Sequence record: OM386655.1
Reading direction: 5' to 3' (one strand)
Source of the DNA: Escherichia phage vB_EcoM_ESCO10
Length of the DNA: 64,000 nucleotides
A program made the position numbers and the translations under genes. Position 1 is the first letter of the stretch. The number at the start of each line of letters is the position of its first letter. The notes below the pieces were generated by a model. It ran no database searches. It had not been told where the DNA came from and was given only the letters and a program-made list of their open reading frames with translations. Of the stretch, positions 9,654 through 19,113 are shown piece after piece.

Positions 9654-10292
9654 TTAACCTCGAGCAACCCATTCAACGGCTGTATTATTACGAAGAGATT
9701 CGATAGCTGCTATATCGTCCCACGAATTAACCTTTACTGCTAAATTAGGTTTAAAGTCACGTTCACCACGGGCCAACCAATAAACTTGGATATCCATGAG
9801 AACATTAGATGCAGCATCACAGTGGTGAGCCAAATCATCAACATAAAACTTAATACGCTTACCATAAGTATTTTTAGCTCTTACGAACAGGTCTTCTTTT
9901 GATTCTGAATGGCCACACATCAGAATCTCCTTGAATGCGCCAGGGAACAAAGCATTCAAATTGAATTGTCTATTCAGCAGGGCATCAATTGAGTCGCCTA
10001 GCGCAGTCACGGCTACAAAATCGAAGTCTTTTTTGAGCTTGTTGATATGTTTTAGTGCGTCCATATAAGGAGACAGATAACGAATGAAATCTGACTGATT
10101 GTATTTCTCGATTAAACGAGCGCCTAATTCGTTGTCACAATTAAACAACTCACCTGGAGATAAGAAACGTTCGTCCTGAATCATATTCAAAATATGTTCT
10201 AAAGGCAGATTATATTTCTGTGCAAAATAAGGCAAGCCAGACTGCCAACTTAAACATACTCCATCGATATCTGTTAAGATAACTGGTTTCAT
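9654..10292 (-). CDS. HAD-superfamily phosphatase-like protein (212 aa)
   Basis: N-terminal DxDGV motif (ILTDIDGVCL) typical of HAD motif I; 4-nt overlap with upstream gene. Confidence 0.5.
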   Translation of the reverse strand: MKPVILTDIDGVCLSWQSGLPYFAQKYNLPLEHILNMIQDERFLSPGELFNCDNELGARLIEKYNQSDFIRYLSPYMDALKHINKLKKDFDFVAVTALGDSIDALLNRQFNLNALFPGAFKEILMCGHSESKEDLFVRAKNTYGKRIKFYVDDLAHHCDAASNVLMDIQVYWLARGERDFKPNLAVKVNSWDDIAAIESLRNNTAVEWVARG

Positions 10293-10756
10293 AATAAATC
10301 TCTCAATTTGTTTAGGATGTCGATAAACTCTTTTTCAGTTAGTATTGTATCACATTCTGTAAGGTGGCTTGCCATCGAATGCTTTAAAACTTTGCCTTTT
10401 GTAGCTTGTAATGCGTCGCGGAATCCTTTGTTTTGGAGCGCCGCTTCAAAATACGCATTTTCATACAACTCTTTCCATGCTGCAGAGTATCTTGAAAACG
10501 GAACTCCAAGCCAGAACAACGTGCCACGGTCCGCAGCTCTTGCATAAGCTCTTCCAGTTTGTTGGGCTGCAAGCCCGGACATCCTAAATATACGTCTTTG
10601 TTGTTCAACATTTTTCACCTTACACCCTTGGAGGAATCCTTCGAGTCCACCAAATTGGATACCGTCCATAACAAAAGGCCACTTAGCAAAGTTACTTAAT
10701 GCACATGATGGCCATGGGAAATTACTTCTAATTTCTAACTCAGACATCTTTAACAC
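10289..10756 (-). CDS. NADAR / YbiA-like N-glycosidase family protein (155 aa)
   Basis: Motif LSNFAKWPFVMDGIQF resembles the YbiA/NADAR signature FSNFAAWP..DG; track start is GTG, alternative ATG (MSELEIR) 9 nt downstream. Confidence 0.5.
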   Translation of the reverse strand: MLKMSELEIRSNFPWPSCALSNFAKWPFVMDGIQFGGLEGFLQGCKVKNVEQQRRIFRMSGLAAQQTGRAYARAADRGTLFWLGVPFSRYSAAWKELYENAYFEAALQNKGFRDALQATKGKVLKHSMASHLTECDTILTEKEFIDILNKLRDLL

Positions 10757-10952
10757 TTATAATATCGATATCACACCAATGGCCATAACCCGGTAGACGG
10801 TCTTCAACAGATAAACCGCTGACATATTTGAGCATCGTTGTTTTCATTATAACAGGTTCAATATCTTGACCGCCTGGGCGAACGTCTGTTACGCGATAAG
10901 TCACTTCGACCATTTCAGTACCTAACAATTTCTGAATCAGTTTCTTAAACAT
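10740..10952 (-). CDS. hypothetical protein (70 aa)
   Basis: Track ORF in compact minus-strand early block. Confidence 0.45.
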   Translation of the reverse strand: MFKKLIQKLLGTEMVEVTYRVTDVRPGGQDIEPVIMKTTMLKYVSGLSVEDRLPGYGHWCDIDIISVKDV

Positions 10953-10953
10953 A

Positions 10954-11148
10954 TTATCCTCGCTTTAAACATTTGATTACAGACAATTCTTGTCCCATGC
11001 GTACGTCTTCAGTTCCGTCAACCCACAGGACTGAATAGGCTTCTTTAATTACTTTACCGTTAATTTTAAAAGCAGGTAAAACCTTTGAAATCATTCCAGG
11101 AATACCTATGCCTTTTAACTGGACTGTTTGTGATAAAAATAGTTGCAT
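10954..11148 (-). CDS. hypothetical protein (64 aa)
   Basis: Track ORF, 1-nt spacing to neighbours. Confidence 0.4.
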   Translation of the reverse strand: MQLFLSQTVQLKGIGIPGMISKVLPAFKINGKVIKEAYSVLWVDGTEDVRMGQELSVIKCLKRG

Positions 11149-11435
11149 TAGAACCTCATCTGAAATCCGTGTGATTTAACATTACCACCATAGACATCAG
11201 AGGTATTGACTTCACGTGCAGCGCTAGGGTCAATGTTAATATCATGGTTGAGCTTAGTGATTGCTAGGGTATCACGACCATTGACGGTACGGAATTCTAC
11301 AGGGCATACCACATCAGCATAGGCCTTAATAGATTCACGAGTAGGCTGTTTGTCAGCAGGAACACCTTTACCGGCTTTAGAGAAAACAACTTCACAGAAA
11401 TTTTTACGAGTATCGAAATAAGTGGTCATAAACAT
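11148..11435 (-). CDS. hypothetical protein (95 aa)
   Basis: Track ORF; RBS GAGGA 6 nt upstream; UUCG hairpin just upstream of the RBS. Confidence 0.5.
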   Translation of the reverse strand: MFMTTYFDTRKNFCEVVFSKAGKGVPADKQPTRESIKAYADVVCPVEFRTVNGRDTLAITKLNHDINIDPSAAREVNTSDVYGGNVKSHGFQMRF

Positions 11436-11449
11436 AATATTTTCCTCAA

Positions 11450-11465
11450 GGAGGCCGAAGCCTCC
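11450..11465 (-). promoter_or_regulatory. UUCG-tetraloop hairpin GGAGGC-uucg-GCCUCC directly 5' of the RBS
   Basis: Perfect 6-bp stem; the same 21-mer aggaggccgaagcctccattta recurs at 49376. Confidence 0.45.
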
Positions 11466-11473
11466 ATTTAAGA

Positions 11474-11839
11474 TTAGATATCAAACTCGTTAAGAACTAC
11501 ATCAAAGATTGCTTCAAGATGTTCAGGTTTAGCTCGGTTACTCAGAATATGACGAATCCAAGTTTTAACTAAGAGTTTACGATTATCACCGTTCCAACAA
11601 GGATGAGTGCCTAAATCGCGTTCACGGAAATCATCATCTAGAGCGATTTTAAAGTTGGAACCTTCCTTAGTTATTGAAAGAGTGATACCGTTTTCAAATC
11701 GCATATAAACGTAGTTAGGAGTCATGCACTGCTCGATTTCACATACTGAACCGTTTTCATGTTTCCACAGGCAAATAACTTCAGAAGAACCAGCGATACC
11801 GTTAGAAACATATTTACGTTCGAAGTTGATGTAGTTCAT
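11474..11839 (-). CDS. hypothetical protein (121 aa)
   Basis: Track ORF; RBS AGGA upstream; promoter-like element with inverted repeat at 11873..11913. Confidence 0.5.
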   Translation of the reverse strand: MNYINFERKYVSNGIAGSSEVICLWKHENGSVCEIEQCMTPNYVYMRFENGITLSITKEGSNFKIALDDDFRERDLGTHPCWNGDNRKLLVKTWIRHILSNRAKPEHLEAIFDVVLNEFDI

Positions 11840-11872
11840 TTTATTATCCTTTGGTTTGATTTCGTATTATTT

Positions 11873-11913
11873 GGTACAGGTCTATAATAACACAACCTGT
11901 ACCAAAGTAAAAC
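11873..11913 (-). promoter_or_regulatory. early-type promoter (TTTTAC-N16-TATTAT) with -10 inside a 9-bp inverted repeat
   Basis: GGTACAGGT ... ACCTGTACC flanks the -10 element; upstream of ORF 11474..11839. Confidence 0.35.
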
Positions 11914-11915
11914 AT

Positions 11916-12248
11916 TTATTTCACAACATTCCAATTTTTCATATCAAGTTTACCAACTTTTTTCATCTGAGCAATCAGACGTTCGGCACGCTCACGAGCA
12001 GTAACATAATAGAATTCACCGATTTTGTTTTCTTCAATACGACCTGTAATTACAGTTTTCAGTTCATAAATCCAACCTGTAAAGAAGTTGTGAAGCTCGA
12101 TAGTAAAGGTGAAATCAGTACCCATACCTTCAGTGGTTTCAACTTCAATAATATCACCTTCAACCGCTGTCAGGACCCACATGGTTTCTTGATATTCACC
12201 GTTGAAACATTTAGCTTTAACAGATGCATTCAGGTTTACAGTTTTCAT
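11916..12248 (-). CDS. hypothetical protein (110 aa)
   Basis: Track ORF; RBS GGAG upstream; early promoter at 12290..12318. Confidence 0.5.
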   Translation of the reverse strand: MKTVNLNASVKAKCFNGEYQETMWVLTAVEGDIIEVETTEGMGTDFTFTIELHNFFTGWIYELKTVITGRIEENKIGEFYYVTARERAERLIAQMKKVGKLDMKNWNVVK

Positions 12249-12289
12249 TTTATTCTCCAGTTTGTTTTCGTATTTGTTGGTACAAGTCT

Positions 12290-12318
12290 ATAGTATCATG
12301 CCTACTGGAGAAGTAAAC
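12290..12318 (-). promoter_or_regulatory. early promoter GTTTAC-N17-TACTAT
   Basis: Consensus match on minus strand upstream of ORF 11916..12248. Confidence 0.5.
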
Positions 12319-12369
12319 ACTTTTTTAAAGATACAGAAACAAAAATGGGACTCCGAAGAGTCCCATAAC

Positions 12370-12531
12370 TTATGCCCGAGGCTTACCAAAACGAGAAGCA
12401 TCGTCGCGGATAACAGCACGAGCCCGACGCATAATCTTCTCAACTGTCTGATTGATACGTGAGTTAGACGCACGCTTGTAACCAGCGCGTTTAGAGGTTC
12501 CGTCAACTACTTTAACTTCTTTCTTAGCCAT
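12370..12531 (-). CDS. small basic protein (53 aa), not in ORF track
   Basis: ATG..TAA ORF MAKKEVKVVDGTSKRAGYKRASNSRINQTVEKIMRRARAVIRDDASRFGKPRA; more protein-like than the overlapping TTG-initiated track ORF 12288..12506. Confidence 0.35.
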   Translation of the reverse strand: MAKKEVKVVDGTSKRAGYKRASNSRINQTVEKIMRRARAVIRDDASRFGKPRA

Positions 12532-12826
12532 TATAAAATCTCTTTAAATGAAAATGCAGGACTTATTGGCATTGCCTGCGCAAGCCCTCGAAGGGAACAT
12601 AGGTTTTGGATATTTAACGACAGGATAACCATAAACCTCGTCATCATACCAACCACGACTTAGACAGATAACCTTTTTCTGACGCGTGATAGTACAAAAT
12701 ACATTCAAGAGGTACACCGTAAAACTGTCGGGGTCTTAAAACTATAATGATTCGCAAATCATTAATAAGACAGTTCGACGGCTCCTCGATTTTCTAGCCG
12801 CACTAAGGTAGCGAATCACCTAAAAC

Positions 12827-13075
12827 TTATTTAAGGGTAATAACAAAATGACGTACTGCTTTACGAGCTGCCGAAGCCAAAGGCTTAGCATATTTCAGTT
12901 CATCTTTTGCTTCCAGTTCAGAAGCCAAAGCTGCCTGGACCGGGTTCAGATGTTTGAAATAACGCAGGATTTCCAGTGCTTCGGCTTCAACATCAATAGA
13001 TGCGCCATAGTTTTCGTGACCGTTGTTCCAAGCGTTGCGTTGCAGTTCAAGAGCGTGATTCAGATGTTTGTTCAT
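12827..13075 (-). CDS. hypothetical protein (82 aa)
   Basis: Track ORF; the overlapping plus-strand ORF 12848..13249 is low-complexity and judged spurious. Confidence 0.45.
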   Translation of the reverse strand: MNKHLNHALELQRNAWNNGHENYGASIDVEAEALEILRYFKHLNPVQAALASELEAKDELKYAKPLASAARKAVRHFVITLK

Positions 13076-13218
13076 TTTAGTTTCTCAATTCGAGATAAAG
13101 ATTGGTGGACACGTTCTTCTGAATTTCACTTCCTTTCAGCAAGTCTCTCAGTTGTAGTCCACTGCTTAGAAGGTTGGTCATGTCCCTTTGGAGGTAGTTC
13201 TCCAACTCTTCATATTAT

Positions 13219-13226
13219 TATTTATA
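13219..13226 (-). promoter_or_regulatory. late-promoter-like TATAAATA box (minus strand)
   Basis: Exact T4 late -10 consensus on minus strand just downstream of gene 31; about 140 nt upstream of ORF 12827..13075. Confidence 0.3.
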
Positions 13227-13550
13227 TCACTTATAAAGACACGGAATAGCTTTATAATGACAAGTAACGAATTTCTGTTTAATTTCTTTAGGCTGTTTAA
13301 TACCTAATGCAACTAACGGATGAGGCACGTTAGCAATCTTACCGACAGGAAGTGGGGTCAAATCACCTACTTCACAAAAATCTTCAGGGACATCAGGTCC
13401 TACAGAATAAACTTCACAGAGTTCAGGGATTTCACCTTGATGAAGTTTGCCAATAACGATACCTGATGCAGTAGTTTCTTCATCACCAGCTTGTTTTGGT
13501 TCGGAAACGAGAATAATATATTCTCCGACCGCTTTAATAGGAAGTTCCAT
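13227..13550 (-). CDS. 31: co-chaperonin GroES analogue gp31
   Basis: 107 aa; near-complete match to recalled T4 gp31 (..AVGEYxILVSEP.QAGDEE ... [23 protein letters not shown]). Confidence 0.85.
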   Translation of the reverse strand: MELPIKAVGEYIILVSEPKQAGDEETTASGIVIGKLHQGEIPELCEVYSVGPDVPEDFCEVGDLTPLPVGKIANVPHPLVALGIKQPKEIKQKFVTCHYKAIPCLYK

Positions 13551-13581
13551 ATTTAATCCATGTTGTTTTGTTGATAAGATA

Positions 13582-13610
13582 ATAGTACCACATTATTCTT
13601 AAAGCATATT
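13582..13610 (-). promoter_or_regulatory. MotA-dependent middle promoter for gene 31
   Basis: minus strand ataTGCTTTAag - 12 nt - TACTAT, about 30 nt upstream of gp31 ATG. Confidence 0.5.
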
Positions 13611-13908
13611 ACATGACAAGCAGAGTTTCAGTCTGGAGCCCATTAACAGAAACCAGTTTATCGAAACGGAACGAGCGCCATTCGTTGAGCTTGGTATCAA
13701 ATACCCTGATATAGCTAACAGGTTCTTTACTAGCTTCTGGCCTAGGGGCCTGGATTTCTTTATAAGGGAGCAGGTCCAGGTCGCGAGTACAAGTCATATG
13801 ACGGACACTGCCATCTGTTTTTTCAAACAGAACTTCATGAAAGCCGACAGACAAGATAGTCTTGACTTTTTCACGAAGACGGATAGTTTCTTGTTCAGTT
13901 AAAATCAT
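13609..13908 (-). CDS. hypothetical protein (99 aa)
   Basis: Track ORF downstream of cd operon. Confidence 0.45.
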   Translation of the reverse strand: MILTEQETIRLREKVKTILSVGFHEVLFEKTDGSVRHMTCTRDLDLLPYKEIQAPRPEASKEPVSYIRVFDTKLNEWRSFRFDKLVSVNGLQTETLLVM

Positions 13909-13910
13909 AA

Positions 13911-14144
13911 TTATTCCAAGACAGTTTTAATAGTGGTTGCATTACGCTCTTTTAGAGCACTTAATAGGTTATTACAATTCTCAAGAATAGGCGCCGTTTT
14001 GTATTTAGAATAAACATCAACCCAATCTGATTTGTAATATGACTTCCATCGAGAGAAAAAGTACTTTTTGTATTCTACTGAAAAGGCTACTAAGCTTTCA
14101 CCTTTTGAGTTCAGACCTGATATTTTAACAAGACGAAATTTCAT
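13911..14144 (-). CDS. hypothetical protein (77 aa)
   Basis: Track ORF; start abuts cd stop. Confidence 0.45.
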   Translation of the reverse strand: MKFRLVKISGLNSKGESLVAFSVEYKKYFFSRWKSYYKSDWVDVYSKYKTAPILENCNNLLSALKERNATTIKTVLE

Positions 14145-14689
14145 TATTCACCACAATAGTTTTGAATTGATTCCCAGTTCAGAGAACGGAGGCCTGTACG
14201 GTTATACTGGATAACTTCAATCCCTGATTCACGGAGGATATCGTCCCATCCTTCAGGATTTCGGTCATAGAGTTCAGCATAAACCAATGTTTTAATTCCG
14301 GACTGCGCAATAGACTTAGCACAATCTGCACACGGAGATAATGTCACGTACATAGTAGCTCCGTCAATAGAACTTCCGGTACGAGCCGCAAACAAAATGG
14401 CGTTCAGTTCGGCGTGGATTTCATTTTTAGATGACCATGCGGCATGAGCCATACGATGTTCTTTAAGAAGAATTGATTTATGCGACATTCGTGCAGTGTC
14501 ATACACAACCCGAGTCCAGTCTTGTTCAACTGCATGGTCACAACAGTTCACACCACCGGAAGGCGAACCATTATATCCTGTAGAAATAATGCGGCCATTC
14601 TTTTCGATAACTGCACCCACTTTCCATGAACAACATTTTGATTCTTGAGAAATCAGATATGCAATCTGAAGGTATGTGCTTGCTCTCAT
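14144..14689 (-). CDS. cd: dCMP deaminase
   Basis: Zinc-binding deaminase motifs HAELNAI and PCADCAK; strong similarity to recalled T4 Cd (SQESKCCSWKVGAVIEKNGRIISTGYNG). Confidence 0.85.
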   Translation of the reverse strand: MRASTYLQIAYLISQESKCCSWKVGAVIEKNGRIISTGYNGSPSGGVNCCDHAVEQDWTRVVYDTARMSHKSILLKEHRMAHAAWSSKNEIHAELNAILFAARTGSSIDGATMYVTLSPCADCAKSIAQSGIKTLVYAELYDRNPEGWDDILRESGIEVIQYNRTGLRSLNWESIQNYCGE

Positions 14690-15057
14690 TACATCACCAC
14701 TAGATAAGCTGTGTTATTGGTTTCGACACGATATAAATCGGTACGAAGTTTAGTGATAGATTTCACACGTGAGGTTAATATACCATAACCGTCTGGGAAG
14801 CGTTTTTGTTTATCGAAAAATACTGCCGCTGGTATTCTATCACCAATTTCAACAGGAAGAACGGTAGCCAGAACAGCATCGTAAGTCGAAATATGAATAC
14901 TTTGGAAATCTTCACTCAGCTTAAAAAGGTCTTTGATATACTGAGCAGCATTTTCAGAGAGACCTCGATGGTCTCCGTCTTCATCAGATTGTAAGGCGGC
15001 ATTAACCGCTGATTTCAAATTAAACATTATAAACTCGCTGCGCTTCGACCAAACCAT
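14689..15057 (-). CDS. hypothetical protein (122 aa)
   Basis: Track ORF, 1-nt overlap with cd. Confidence 0.45.
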   Translation of the reverse strand: MVWSKRSEFIMFNLKSAVNAALQSDEDGDHRGLSENAAQYIKDLFKLSEDFQSIHISTYDAVLATVLPVEIGDRIPAAVFFDKQKRFPDGYGILTSRVKSITKLRTDLYRVETNNTAYLVVM

Positions 15058-15253
15058 CAGAACCGAGTTTCAACTGGGTAATTTGGTCGCCATCTTTAGG
15101 ATTAACGATAACTAATACCGTACGTGGAGATTCCTGGATTACACGCAGAGTGGCATCAGGAAAACGTACGGAAACCTTATTAATCAGGGCCTGAGCAAAT
15201 TCTTTAACTTTAACATGGAACTGCTCTACAGTAATAGGTTGTTCGCTCAGCAT
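15020..15253 (-). CDS. hypothetical protein (77 aa)
   Basis: Track ORF; overlaps downstream ORF by 38 nt so true start may be internal. Confidence 0.35.
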   Translation of the reverse strand: MLSEQPITVEQFHVKVKEFAQALINKVSVRFPDATLRVIQESPRTVLVIVNPKDGDQITQLKLGSDGLVEAQRVYNV

Positions 15254-15807
15254 CAGATAGTCTCCAACTTAAGTTGTCTTGTAGTGGTAGCTTGGGTAAC
15301 GTCGCCTTTAACGATATAACACACTTGTTGGAATGAATTAATCAAAAGCTCCTCGGCTTGTCGATCAGCTTGTTCCTTTGTGTTATGGCGAGAATGGACT
15401 TCAATCTTACCATTTTTAACTACAAGCACTTTCCAGTCGGCAGTAGTTTTTACAGGTTTAGGCTCATCGTTTTCAGGAATACTTACTGATGCCAATGGAC
15501 GTACCACTTCAATAAAGCATTCGAATTCATGGCCAAAAAAGCCTTCTGAATTAAAAAGAACACTATTTGAATCATCAGGATTACCTGTGATTTTACTCAG
15601 GTCAACAAACATCATCTCGTCATATACACGAATTCGGCTTACACGTTCGCGCCCATTATGATAATCAATTTCAACTTCAAACGGATTCATACCTACATAC
15701 TTGGCAAAAGCAGTATTAAGCCTGTAAGCACCGTTATTAGTGAATTTATTTTTATAATGCTCGCTTATAAATTTGTAAAACTTACGCTCTTCAAAGAACT
15801 TACCCAT
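15253..15807 (-). CDS. hypothetical protein (184 aa)
   Basis: Track ORF; RBS GAGG upstream; early promoter at 15827..15865. Confidence 0.5.
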   Translation of the reverse strand: MGKFFEERKFYKFISEHYKNKFTNNGAYRLNTAFAKYVGMNPFEVEIDYHNGRERVSRIRVYDEMMFVDLSKITGNPDDSNSVLFNSEGFFGHEFECFIEVVRPLASVSIPENDEPKPVKTTADWKVLVVKNGKIEVHSRHNTKEQADRQAEELLINSFQQVCYIVKGDVTQATTTRQLKLETI

Positions 15808-15826
15808 TTCGATTTCCTCATGTGTT

Positions 15827-15865
15827 GGTAGGACTACTATACCACAGTCCTACCATGGTGTAAAC
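15827..15865 (-). promoter_or_regulatory. early promoter GTTTAC-N18-TATAGT with -10 inside a 9-bp inverted repeat
   Basis: GGTAGGACT ... AGTCCTACC flanks the -10; upstream of ORF 15253..15807. Confidence 0.45.
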
Positions 15866-15867
15866 AC

Positions 15868-16146
15868 TTAAATTGCTTCGACAACTACCGTTTGTTTCTG
15901 GAAGTCCATTTTGCATGAAATAGCCAAAATATGGTCATCAATTTTAAATGGAACAATTGCAAATGCTGCGCCTGGCGTGAGTTGAACAGTGATTGCATCA
16001 ACTGCATCCGGGAACATGATTTCCAGAATAGCAGACAAACGACCATGCACTTTTAGTTCAGTCGACACGTCGACGCTTTCGTATAGATAATCGGATACGA
16101 TCTGACTAAAAACTACTTTAACAATTTCAGAATAGGTAGGAAACAT
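15868..16146 (-). CDS. hypothetical protein (92 aa)
   Basis: Track ORF; middle promoter at 16193..16222. Confidence 0.45.
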   Translation of the reverse strand: MFPTYSEIVKVVFSQIVSDYLYESVDVSTELKVHGRLSAILEIMFPDAVDAITVQLTPGAAFAIVPFKIDDHILAISCKMDFQKQTVVVEAI

Positions 16147-16192
16147 TTCTTTTCTCGCTCAGTTATTGGGGTTATTCAAAGGACCTAGACCC

Positions 16193-16222
16193 ATTATAAC
16201 ATAAAATTTTTTAAAGCATTAA
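16193..16222 (-). promoter_or_regulatory. MotA-dependent middle promoter
   Basis: minus strand taaTGCTTTAa - 13 nt - TATAAT upstream of ORF 15868..16146. Confidence 0.45.
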
Positions 16223-16434
16223 TGAACGGTATGCACCTTGACATTAACGATAAATCGGTCGACGACTTCAGTCAGCGGAACGAACTCAACGTAGTACTCG
16301 CCTTTGTAACGTTCGTTCAAATCGTTACGCAGTGCGGCCAGGTTATTGATAAGAGCAGGAGACATATTCTGCCCTACCAGTTTCTGAAGCTCTTTATAAG
16401 CTTCTTCTTCGATTTCATGGTGTTTGTTATACAT
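16219..16434 (-). CDS. hypothetical protein (~71 aa)
   Basis: Track ORF 16219..16509 trimmed to Met 26 (MYNKHHEIEEE..) which overlaps the upstream stop (ATGTATAA). Confidence 0.4.
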   Translation of the reverse strand: MYNKHHEIEEEAYKELQKLVGQNMSPALINNLAALRNDLNERYKGEYYVEFVPLTEVVDRFIVNVKVHTVH

Positions 16435-16623
16435 AATGTTCTTCCAAGAAGGCAAGGAGTTCCGGTGCGGATTTAAAAATACCACCATCCACCTTGTCTT
16501 CATTATCATAGTCCATTACATCCAGGCCAATACGTCCATCAGTTAAAGGCCATACGCCGAAGTAAAAGCATTTACGTTTTTCAATCTCTTCGATTGTACG
16601 AAAAATCTTTTCGATGTTATTCA

Positions 16624-16624
<1 letters not shown>
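16427..16624 (-). CDS. hypothetical protein (~65 aa)
   Basis: Track ORF 16427..16654 trimmed to Met 11 (MNNIEKIF..) which overlaps pseT stop (TAATG). Confidence 0.4.
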
Positions 16625-17824
<1,200 letters not shown>

Positions 17825-17828
<4 letters not shown>

Positions 17829-18307
17829 ACACCAAGCTCCTTATAAAGTTCTTCGCGACAGGTTTTAAGGATTTTACCAGTTTCATAAGCTGTGCTTTCA
17901 GAAACATCACCAAGTGCAGCGGCAGCTTGCATTTGACCATGGCGTTTAGCAGCATATTCAAAACTTTTTACTAGCTCACGAATACGTTCTTTTTCATTGT
18001 ATTCTCCAATAAATTCTGGATATTCCCAAACCGGGCGCATCATACGATACCACTGTTGGATGGTAATATAATTACTTCCATTCAAATTAATAATCTGTGA
18101 AGGCTCAATAGACCCTGGAGCATAAAAAGTTACCTGTCTTACTACATCAATACCGTCTACAATAGCCCAAGCAAAATCGAAAGTTGCCTTCTTTTCAATC
18201 GGCGTGCTTGCACAGGACCCTAGTTTAAGGAGCTTTTGTAATACAGGAGATTTAATACTTGAAATGTATTCAGGCTTAGCCACAAAACTGTTATCACGTA
18301 ATGTCAT
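17825..18307 (-). CDS. hypothetical protein (160 aa)
   Basis: Track ORF; RBS GAGGA upstream; early promoter at 18335..18369. Confidence 0.5.
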
Positions 18308-18334
18308 AATAATTTCCTCAATTTATAATCCGTA

Positions 18335-18369
18335 GGAGCATTATACTCTGCTCCCAAGAGTTTGTAAAC
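18335..18369 (-). promoter_or_regulatory. early promoter GTTTAC-N18-TATAAT with -10 inside inverted repeat
   Basis: GGAGCA ... TGCTCC flanks the -10; upstream of ORF 17825..18307. Confidence 0.45.
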
Positions 18370-18476
18370 TACTTTCCAAAAAGACCATGCATACACATGC
18401 TGAACACAATCCCAAAACAAAAGAATGCAGCGCCAAATCTAACAGCATCCCAACCACAAACACATGTCTCGATCAT
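18369..18476 (-). CDS. small Cys-rich hydrophobic peptide (35 aa), not in ORF track
   Basis: MIETCVCGWDAVRFGAAFFCFGIVFSMCMHGLFGK; ATG overlaps the o-spanin stop (ATGA). Confidence 0.3.
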   Translation of the reverse strand: MIETCVCGWDAVRFGAAFFCFGIVFSMCMHGLFGK

Positions 18477-18763
18477 TTACACTTCTCCTCTTTTAACCCA
18501 GAACGATAATAACATAACATAGATTTCTGGTCTTGTACATATCTTTTTACATCGTTTAACCAAATACGATGTTCTTGGGAGTCTTCGAACGGCATTCCAA
18601 CCCAAGCCTTACCATCGATTACCTTGACCTGCCACTTAACATTATGTTCGGCAATAGGTTGTGGCCATGAAGGGTGCAGTTGTTGCTTAGGCGCCACAGG
18701 AACATCCTGAGCACACCCGACTAACAAGCCAATAGATAACATTACCACAGCTGATTTAATCAT
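18473..18763 (-). CDS. outer-membrane spanin lipoprotein (o-spanin, Rz1-like)
   Basis: Signal peptide with lipobox LLVGC; 4-nt overlap with upstream i-spanin; located next to pseT where T4 encodes its spanins. Confidence 0.6.
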   Translation of the reverse strand: MIKSAVVMLSIGLLVGCAQDVPVAPKQQLHPSWPQPIAEHNVKWQVKVIDGKAWVGMPFEDSQEHRIWLNDVKRYVQDQKSMLCYYRSGLKEEKCK

Positions 18764-19113
18764 TCTGTGGTGCTCCTGAAGTCTTTGGCAAAGGAATCGA
18801 AGGAGTTGTTGATTTGTTTTTCGACCAGTCCTGGCTTACTTGCCACCACGTGCGCCTTCTTCGAATCTTTACGGAGCTTTTCATTTTCTACCTTAATTTT
18901 ATCCATTCGGGCGTTCATTTCAGTAGTACGGAATTCAATATCAGCGTATTGGCCGTGAAGGTCTTCTAAAGCTTCAGCGTTCTGTTTAGCTGTTTGCTGG
19001 ATTGTTTTCAGTTCTTCAGTTAGCGTATCAATACGGCTTGATTGATACGAAATAAGACTGTAAGCACCTACTACAATGGCTCCAGCTAAAAGGTAAATAC
19101 TTAATTTAGACAT
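18760..19113 (-). CDS. inner-membrane spanin (i-spanin, Rz-like)
   Basis: N-terminal transmembrane helix (LSIYLLAGAIVVGAYSLISY) followed by a predicted coiled-coil; paired with the lipoprotein. Confidence 0.6.
   Translation of the reverse strand: MSKLSIYLLAGAIVVGAYSLISYQSSRIDTLTEELKTIQQTAKQNAEALEDLHGQYADIEFRTTEMNARMDKIKVENEKLRKDSKKAHVVASKPGLVEKQINNSFDSFAKDFRSTTE

Noticed and set aside
12288-12506. Track ORF (72 aa, TTG start) on the minus strand
   Set aside because: Needs a TTG start and gives a hydrophobic low-information product; the ATG-initiated 53-aa ORF 12370..12531 in another frame is preferred, though not proven.
12848-13249. Plus-strand 133-aa ORF
   Set aside because: Cys/Phe-rich low-complexity sequence with no RBS; overlaps the minus-strand ORF 12827..13075 and a late-promoter region.
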